Positions 18,611 to 24,000 of a DNA stretch of 24,000 nucleotides are shown piece by piece. How positions within the stretch are numbered: position 1 is the stretch's first letter; each line of letters begins with the position of its first letter. This DNA is from Enterobacteriaceae bacterium RIT691 (GTDB taxonomy: Bacteria; Pseudomonadota; Gammaproteobacteria; Enterobacterales; Enterobacteriaceae), in assembly GCA_009668205.1 (NCBI GenBank), contig WJYM01000013.1, positions 28,469 through 52,468 of the forward strand, in the 5' to 3' direction. Position numbers and translations under genes: made by a program. The notes beneath the pieces are model-generated. The model was given only the letters and a program-made list of their open reading frames with translations, made no database searches and was not told the DNA's origin.

Positions 18611-19978
18611 ATGAATAAAACGACAATAGCTGTCGCGATGGGCGTATTGCTGACGACGCATTTTGCTGGTGCAAAATCATCTCCCCTCACCGTGGAGCAG
18701 CGCTTGCAGCTGCTTGAGGAGAGGCTTATCTCTGCGGAAAACAGGGCCCAGTCTGCCGAGCGGGAAGTTCAGGTGTTAAAGGCCCAGCAGCTCACCGATC
18801 GCCAGGAGATCAAAGAAGTGCAGGAGCGCGTCGTGGTGAGCAACGAGACGGCGAAAGAAGAAACGAAGAAAAACGCCACTGCGCCCGCGTTATCGCTTTC
18901 AGGGTATGGCGACCTGAAAGTTTACGGTGATGTGGAATTCAATATGGATGCGGAAAGCCGAAAGGGCTCCATTATTGTTAACCAGGATCAGAGCAATGAA
19001 CGCTGGGATTTAAATGGCCGCATCCTGTTAGGCTTTGACGGAATGCGAAAATTACAGAACGGCTATTTCGCCGGTTTTTCCGCCCAGCCGCTGGCGGATA
19101 TGACCGGGCACATGAATCTTGATGATGCCGTTTTCTTCTTCGGCCAGGAGAATGACTGGAAAATTAAAGTGGGGCGTTTTGAAGCCTATGACATGTTCCC
19201 GCTTAACCAGGATACCTTTGTCGAGCACTCCGGCAATACCGCCAATGACCTCTACAGCGACGGTCATGGCTATATTTACATGATGAAAGAGGGCCGTGGC
19301 CGTTCGGATGACGGCGGTAACTTCCTGATGAGCAAGCAGGTAGGTAACTGGTATTTCGAACTGAACACGCTGCTGGAAGACGGAACTTCGCTGTACAACG
19401 ACCGTAACTACCACGGGCGCAATATGGAGCAGGAGAAAAACGTGGCGTATGTACGTCCAATTATCTCCTGGAGTGAAGGTGCCTTTTCCGTGGCGGCGGC
19501 GATGGAAAGTAACCTCGTCCACAATGCCTATGGGTATTACGATGAGCACGGCAACTTTGTCGATCAGTCCGACAGAACGGGTTATGGCATGACGATGACC
19601 TGGAACGGCCTGAAAAATGACCCGGAAGATGGCGTCGTGGTTAACCTCAACACGGCCTACCTCGATGCCACTAACGAAACGGATTTCAGCTCCGGGGTGA
19701 ATGCCCTGTGGCACCGCTTCGAGCTGGGCTACATCTATGCGCACAACGAAGTGGATGAGTATGCGGGCGTCAGCTGCGACGACGACTGCTGGTTTAAAGA
19801 TGCCGGCACCTACGACATCCACACCGTTCACGCGTCCTATCAAATCCCTAACGTAATGGATATGCAGAACTTTAATATTTATCTCGGCGCGTACTGGTCG
19901 AAATTGCAGGGCGACAGCAGTGCCGACAGCAACGACGATCGCTACGGTGGGCGTGTGCGGTTTAAATATTATTTCTGA
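18611..19978 (+). CDS. Outer-membrane carbohydrate-porin-like beta-barrel with an N-terminal periplasmic coiled coil (ScrY/RafY-like architecture)
   Basis: The ATG at 18611 has AAGGAA upstream. The signal peptide is MNKTTIAVAMGVLLTTHFAGA|K. About 65 aa of heptad-like charged sequence (VEQRLQLLEERLISAENRAQSAEREVQVLKAQQ..) are followed by an aromatic/Gly/Asp/Asn-rich region with alternating pattern. The C-terminus ..RVRFKYYF ends in the OMP terminal Phe. The subfamily assignment is tentative. Confidence 0.7.
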   Translation: MNKTTIAVAMGVLLTTHFAGAKSSPLTVEQRLQLLEERLISAENRAQSAEREVQVLKAQQLTDRQEIKEVQERVVVSNETAKEETKKNATAPALSLSGYGDLKVYGDVEFNMDAESRKGSIIVNQDQSNERWDLNGRILLGFDGMRKLQNGYFAGFSAQPLADMTGHMNLDDAVFFFGQENDWKIKVGRFEAYDMFPLNQDTFVEHSGNTANDLYSDGHGYIYMMKEGRGRSDDGGNFLMSKQVGNWYFELNTLLEDGTSLYNDRNYHGRNMEQEKNVAYVRPIISWSEGAFSVAAAMESNLVHNAYGYYDEHGNFVDQSDRTGYGMTMTWNGLKNDPEDGVVVNLNTAYLDATNETDFSSGVNALWHRFELGYIYAHNEVDEYAGVSCDDDCWFKDAGTYDIHTVHASYQIPNVMDMQNFNIYLGAYWSKLQGDSSADSNDDRYGGRVRFKYYF

Positions 19979-19991
19979 TGCACCAGGCATG

Positions 19992-20013
19992 CCCGGCAGT
20001 ACTGCCGGGTTTT
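19992..20013 (+). terminator. Rho-independent terminator of the porin gene (CCCGGCAG-TA-CTGCCGGG followed by TTTT)
   Basis: An 8-bp GC stem with a minimal loop and a T-run, 14 nt after the stop. The very small loop implies the apical pairs open. Confidence 0.7.
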
Positions 20014-20137
20014 CCTGTCAAAGCCACCATCTTTAGCGCCCCATGAACTGCCACTCCTGTATTTCAAAACCCTTCTTTCATTCAGCTTTCTCGGCCACTC
20101 ATTTTTTGCGTCAATGCCAATGAAGCAAATAAACTGT

Positions 20138-20166
20138 TTGACTTATAGCTAACCAGAATTCATTAT
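20138..20166 (+). promoter_or_regulatory. Candidate sigma70 promoter for the R-M operon (TTGACT, 17-nt spacer, CATTAT)
   Basis: The hexamers were read from the sequence about 35 nt upstream of the GTG at 20201. There is no experimental support. Confidence 0.3.
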
Positions 20167-20200
20167 TTCTGCATCATCGCTGATGAAATGGAGTGCGTGA

Positions 20201-20794
20201 GTGAAAAAAACCTTACTAAAAAAAATGGCAACCGTCTCTGCAGGGTACCCGTTTCGAGGGAAAATCCCATCGTTGCCCGAGGGTGAGGTTCGCGTTGTCC
20301 AGATGAAAGACGTCTCACCACAAGGTGAAATCCAGTGGGAGCATTGCGTAAAGACCGCCCTTAACAATAGCCGTCAACCGGAAGGTCTTTCTGTAGGGGA
20401 TATTTTGGTTGCCGCGCGGGGAAACCGTAACTATGCGGTTCTGGTGGGGGAGGATTGCCCCAAAAGTATCGTGCTGGCAGCCCCCCATTTTTATGTCGTC
20501 AGCGTTAATCGTGCTGGCGTCCTGCCGGAGTATCTCGTCTGGTGGTTAAACCAGGTGAAGTGCCAGCGTTACTTTGAGCAAAGCGCAGAAGGTACTCTGA
20601 CAAAAAGCATTCGCCGTACGGTGCTGGAAGAGGTGGAGATAGTGCTCCCCGACATCGAGCAACAACGCATCATCACTGCTTTAGCCAGCACAGTCGCGAA
20701 AGAGCGGCGGGCTGCGGAACAGTTAATTGCCAATGGTGAGCAAATGCTTGCCGCCATTGCCTGTGGTTTAGCGTCGGGTTTGACGCATGAATAA
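20201..20794 (+). CDS. Half-length Type I specificity-subunit-like protein (single TRD plus one conserved helical region)
   Basis: The 197-aa protein starts at a GTG with GGAG 7 nt upstream. Its layout matches one HsdS half. The N-terminus is ..ATVSAGYPFRGK... A variable TRD contains GDILVAARG and ..VLPEYLVWWLNQ... It ends in ..IVLPDIEQQRIITAL.. followed by a helical tail. It overlaps the hsdM ATG by 8 nt. Confidence 0.7.
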   Translation: MKKTLLKKMATVSAGYPFRGKIPSLPEGEVRVVQMKDVSPQGEIQWEHCVKTALNNSRQPEGLSVGDILVAARGNRNYAVLVGEDCPKSIVLAAPHFYVVSVNRAGVLPEYLVWWLNQVKCQRYFEQSAEGTLTKSIRRTVLEEVEIVLPDIEQQRIITALASTVAKERRAAEQLIANGEQMLAAIACGLASGLTHE

Positions 20795-22328
20795 GGACAC
20801 GATTCTCATGAGTGAAAAAGTAAACCAGGACAGCATCAACAAGGCCCTGTGGTCCGTGTGCGATACCTTCCGTGGCACTATCAGCCCGGACACCTATCGT
20901 GATTTTATCCTCACCATGTTGTTCCTGAAGTACATCTCCGACGTCTGGCAGGATCACTACGATAACTATAAAAAAGAGTACGGCGACGAGCCGGATCTGA
21001 TCCACGAGATGATGAAAAACGAACGTTTTGTTCTGCCGCCAGAAGCGAGTTTCTATGAGCTGCACAAACGTCGTTATGAACCGAAAAACGGGGAGCGCAT
21101 TGACCAGGCGCTGCACGCGATTGAAGAAGCCAACGGCACCAAGCTGAAAGACTCCGGCAAAAGCGTGTTCCAGGATATTTCGTTCAATACCGATAAACTC
21201 GGTGAAGAAGTCCAAAAGAACACTATTCTGCGCCAGGTGCTGGAAGATTTTGCAAAGCCGGAACTGAACCTCAAGCCAAGCCGTGTGGGTTCGCTGGATG
21301 TGATTGGCAACGGTTACGAATACCTGATTAAAAACTTTGCCGCCAGCGGTGGGCAAAAAGCCGGTGAGTTCTATACCCCTCCGGAAGTGTCCGATCTGCT
21401 GGCAGAACTTTTGGACCCACAGCCGGGCGATACCATTTGTGACCCGGCGTGTGGCTCGGCCTCGCTGTTGATGAAATGTGGCCGTAAAGTTCGCGACAAC
21501 CACAACAGCAAAAGCTATGCGCTGTACGGACAGGAAGCGATTGGCTCCACCTGGTCCTTTGCCAAGATGAACATGTTCCTGCACGGTGAAGACAACCATA
21601 AAATCGAGTGGGGCGATACCATTCGCAACCCGAAGCTGCGCGATAAAAACGGCCACCTGATGATGTTTGATATCGTCACCGCGAACCCGCCGTTCAGCCT
21701 CGACAAATGGGGTCATGAAGAGGCAGCGAAAGATCAATTCGCACGTTTCACCCGCGGCATACCGCCAAAAACCAAAGGCGATTACGCCTTTATTCTGCAC
21801 ATGATTGACACGCTGAAGCCGAAAACAGGCCGCATGGGCGTGGTGGTGCCGCACGGTGTGCTGTTCCGTGGCTCATCGGAAGGCAAAATTCGCGAGAAGC
21901 TGATTGAAGAAAACCTGCTGGATGCGGTGATCGGCCTGCCGGAAAAACTGTTCTTCGGCACCGGCATTCCGGCGGCGATCCTTATCTTCAAGAAAGAGAA
22001 GGTGGACGACAATGTTCTGTTTATCGACGCCAGCCGTGAATTTACCTCCGGCAAAAACCAGAACCAGCTGAGTGCCGAGAATATCGCCAAAATCGTCAAG
22101 ACCTACCGCAACGGCGACAACGTGGAGAAATATGCCCACCTCGCCACCCTGCAGGAGATCCGTGACAACGACTACAACCTGAATATTCCGCGCTATGTCG
22201 ACACCTTCGAAGAAGAAGAAGAGATCGACCTGATGGCGGTGCGCGCCGAGCGCCTCGAGCTGAAAAAAGAATTAGACGCCCTGGAAGTGGAGATGGCGGG
22301 GTACCTGAAGGAGCTGGGTTATGAGTAA
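20787..22328 (+). CDS. hsdM: Type I R-M N6-adenine DNA methyltransferase subunit HsdM
   Basis: The 513-aa protein has an HsdM_N-like N-terminus (..ALWSVCDTFRGTISPDTYRDFILTMLFLKYISDVW..), an AdoMet motif I (ICDPACGSASLL), a catalytic motif IV (IVTANPPFS) and a coiled C-terminal tail. An alternative start is the ATG at 20808, with AAGGA 10 nt upstream. Confidence 0.92.
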   Translation: MNKDTILMSEKVNQDSINKALWSVCDTFRGTISPDTYRDFILTMLFLKYISDVWQDHYDNYKKEYGDEPDLIHEMMKNERFVLPPEASFYELHKRRYEPKNGERIDQALHAIEEANGTKLKDSGKSVFQDISFNTDKLGEEVQKNTILRQVLEDFAKPELNLKPSRVGSLDVIGNGYEYLIKNFAASGGQKAGEFYTPPEVSDLLAELLDPQPGDTICDPACGSASLLMKCGRKVRDNHNSKSYALYGQEAIGSTWSFAKMNMFLHGEDNHKIEWGDTIRNPKLRDKNGHLMMFDIVTANPPFSLDKWGHEEAAKDQFARFTRGIPPKTKGDYAFILHMIDTLKPKTGRMGVVVPHGVLFRGSSEGKIREKLIEENLLDAVIGLPEKLFFGTGIPAAILIFKKEKVDDNVLFIDASREFTSGKNQNQLSAENIAKIVKTYRNGDNVEKYAHLATLQEIRDNDYNLNIPRYVDTFEEEEEIDLMAVRAERLELKKELDALEVEMAGYLKELGYE

Positions 22329-23487
22329 GGTTCCGGAGGGGTGGAACGCTGGGAAAGTTTCAGACTTCTTAATTCTGCAAAGGGGTTTTGATCTAACTAA
22401 GAAACAGTCTGTTAATGGTCATATTCCAGTCTATTCTTCCTCAGGTTTGGCGTATTTTCATAATGAGATGAAAGTTCGTGGTCCAGGAGTTGTCACCGGA
22501 CGAAAAGGAAGCGTAGGGCCTGTTTACTTAATAGAGGAAGATTTTTGGCCGCATGATACGACATTATGGGTAAAAGATTTTAAAAGTAATTCAGTTGAGT
22601 ACGTAAAGCATTTTATTGAAGCACTGAACCTTGAACGTTTTGATGAGGCTTCTTCTGTACCAACACTGAATCGTAATAATGTTCATTGTCTCAGTTGTGT
22701 TTTTCCTCCCTTGGTCGAACAGGAAAAAATTAATGAAGTGATTCGCTGTTGGGATAAGGCTATTTCTGTTACAGAGAAGTTGATTGAAAAATGCCAGCAG
22801 CAAAAAAAGACATTGATGCAGGTAACACTTAGTGGCAATAAGCGAGTGTTAGGCTGTAGCAGTAAGTGGCTTTTTGTTAAATTAGTGGATGTGGCAAAAA
22901 AAGAACAATATTCATTCACAGGCGGACCTTTTGGTTCAGACCTTAAAAGTAGTGATTATACTGATTCTGGTATAAGGATTCTTCAGCTTCAAAATATCGG
23001 AGATGGTTTTTTCATAGATGACTACAAAATTTATACTTCTAAAGAAAAAGCAGATGAGTTGCATGGTTGTAATATTTTCCCGAATGATATAATAATTTCA
23101 AAAATGGGTGATCCTGTTGCTAGGGCTGCCATTATCCCTATTTTTTCTGAAAGATACCTGATGGCATCAGACGGTATCAGATTGTCTGTTGATCAAAGCA
23201 AGTATGACACTGCATTCATCCATTATGTAATTTGCCATAAGGATTTTCGTAAAAAGGCCATTGAGAAAAGTACAGGATCTACCAGAAAACGCATTGGCCT
23301 TTCAGATTTACGGGGAATTGAAATATATATTCCATCAACGTTAAAAGAACAACAGGAAATAGCCAGAATCCTGACCGCCGCCGATAGAGAAATCGAACTC
23401 TACCAGCAAAAACTGGCAGCGTTAAAGCAGGAAAAACAGGCGCTGATGCAGCAGTTATTAACCGGCAAGCGGCGCGTGGCGCTGTAA
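22321..23487 (+). CDS. hsdS: Type I R-M specificity subunit HsdS (two TRDs)
   Basis: The 388-aa protein has two variable domains separated by a central conserved helix (..PPLVEQEKINEVI...KKTLMQVTLSG..). It ends in ..IPSTLKEQQEIARIL...LKQEKQALMQQLLTGKRRV. It overlaps the hsdM stop by 8 nt. Confidence 0.92.
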   Translation: MSKVPEGWNAGKVSDFLILQRGFDLTKKQSVNGHIPVYSSSGLAYFHNEMKVRGPGVVTGRKGSVGPVYLIEEDFWPHDTTLWVKDFKSNSVEYVKHFIEALNLERFDEASSVPTLNRNNVHCLSCVFPPLVEQEKINEVIRCWDKAISVTEKLIEKCQQQKKTLMQVTLSGNKRVLGCSSKWLFVKLVDVAKKEQYSFTGGPFGSDLKSSDYTDSGIRILQLQNIGDGFFIDDYKIYTSKEKADELHGCNIFPNDIIISKMGDPVARAAIIPIFSERYLMASDGIRLSVDQSKYDTAFIHYVICHKDFRKKAIEKSTGSTRKRIGLSDLRGIEIYIPSTLKEQQEIARILTAADREIELYQQKLAALKQEKQALMQQLLTGKRRVAL

Positions 23488-23502
23488 CTCAAGGAACGAA
23501 GA

Positions 23503-24000
23503 ATGTCTGATAACGATCTGATCCTCTACACCTCTGAAGACGGCGAATCTCAGTTTGTCCTGCGCGAACTGGGCGGGCAGGTGTGGCTCACACAGCTGGA
23601 AATGGGTGAGCTTTACCAGACCAGCAAGCAGAATATCGGCAAGCACGTAAAAGGTGTGATCGCAGACGGGGAGCTGGCTGAGGAGGCAGTTGTAAACCGC
23701 AAGTTTACAACTGGATCGGATGGAAAAGAGTATCTGACATTGCTTTATGCGTTACCGATGATCATTGCGGTGGGATATCGGGTTCGTTCTTCGCGCGGCA
23801 CTCAGTTCCGCCAGTGGGCCACGCGTACGCTGGGCGAATATATGCTTAAAGGCTTCGCCATGGACGATGAACGCCTCAAAGACCCGAAATGGGATTACTT
23901 TGATGAGCTGCTGGAGCGTATCCGTGACATCCGCTCTTCGGAGCTGCGCTTTTATCAAAAAATCCGCGATCTTTTTACGCTCTCTGAAGACTATCGGGCC
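23503..24000 (+). CDS. rhuM: RhuM-family (Virulence_RhuM) protein, N-terminal 166 codons; the 3' end is beyond the window
   Basis: The ATG at 23503 has AAGGAA 7 nt upstream and the frame is open to base 24000, so it is absent from the complete-ORF track. The translation MSDNDLILYTSEDGESQFVLRELGGQVWLTQLEMGELYQTSKQNIGKHV...IAVGYRVRSSRGTQFRQWATRTLGEYMLKGFAMDDERLK...YFDELLERIRDIRSSELRFYQKIRDLF carries the RhuM hallmark blocks as I recall them. Confidence 0.8.
   Translation, partial: MSDNDLILYTSEDGESQFVLRELGGQVWLTQLEMGELYQTSKQNIGKHVKGVIADGELAEEAVVNRKFTTGSDGKEYLTLLYALPMIIAVGYRVRSSRGTQFRQWATRTLGEYMLKGFAMDDERLKDPKWDYFDELLERIRDIRSSELRFYQKIRDLFTLSEDYRA

Noticed and set aside
18561-18614. A 17-codon upstream ORF (MTGIHSCIFYCLKEICI) whose TGA overlaps the porin ATG (ATATGA). 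It could be a leader peptide.
   Set aside because: There is no Shine-Dalgarno sequence before its ATG (caaatatatattcATG) and no obvious regulatory codon pattern. The overlap is probably fortuitous in an AT-rich region.
19052-19990. A 312-aa ORF antisense to the porin gene
   Set aside because: It is a shadow ORF of the porin CDS. It has no RBS, an odd composition, and it reads through the porin terminator.
20673-21854. A 393-aa ORF on the minus strand across the half-S/hsdM region
   Set aside because: It lies entirely antisense to a well-supported hsdM with clear methyltransferase motifs. Its translation is low-complexity and R/H/F/V-rich, with no recognisable domain. This is a typical shadow ORF.
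20201-23487. A phase-variable hsdS shufflon, suggested by two hsdS-type genes in one locus
   Set aside because: The two S genes are in the same orientation. I could not see long shared DNA repeats between their conserved regions. No recombinase or invertase and no inverted repeats are present in the window.
1-24000. CRISPR arrays, tRNA/rRNA genes, IS elements or integrase-bounded islands
   Set aside because: No regularly spaced direct repeats, cloverleaf-like segments, transposase or integrase-like ORFs, or long terminal inverted repeats were seen by eye or in the six-frame ORF track.

Overview
This is an enterobacterial chromosomal segment. No tRNA, rRNA, CRISPR array or IS element was recognised.

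**Core region (bases 1 to about 16,600).** This part is collinear, from memory, with the E. coli K-12 yihW-to-frvA region:
- yihW (partial), then the overlapping yihX-yihY-dtd-yiiD genes.
- An HSL-family esterase on the minus strand, at the position where I recall K-12 having yiiE/yiiF.
- The formate dehydrogenase-O cluster fdhE-fdoI-fdoH-fdoG on the minus strand. fdoG carries an in-frame UGA selenocysteine codon followed by a SECIS-like hairpin.
- fdhD, a small DUF1471 secreted protein, and the cryptic fructose-like PTS operon frvABXR on the minus strand.

**Accessory-looking region (about 16,600 to 24,000).**
- An azlCD exporter pair with a divergent XRE-cupin regulator, flanked by a repeated GAACGATT motif.
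- An orphan ScrY-like porin with an N-terminal coiled coil.
- A Type I restriction-modification operon with unusual content: a half-length (single-TRD) HsdS-like gene, hsdM, and a full two-TRD hsdS with AT-rich TRDs. A RhuM-family gene then runs off the window, in the position where hsdR would be expected.

The R-M/RhuM block is the best candidate for an incompletely understood defence module.

**Limits.** All protein family calls come from reading the supplied translations, recognising motifs and recalling E. coli homologues. No searches were run. Hand-mapped hairpin and motif coordinates may be off by 1-2 nt.
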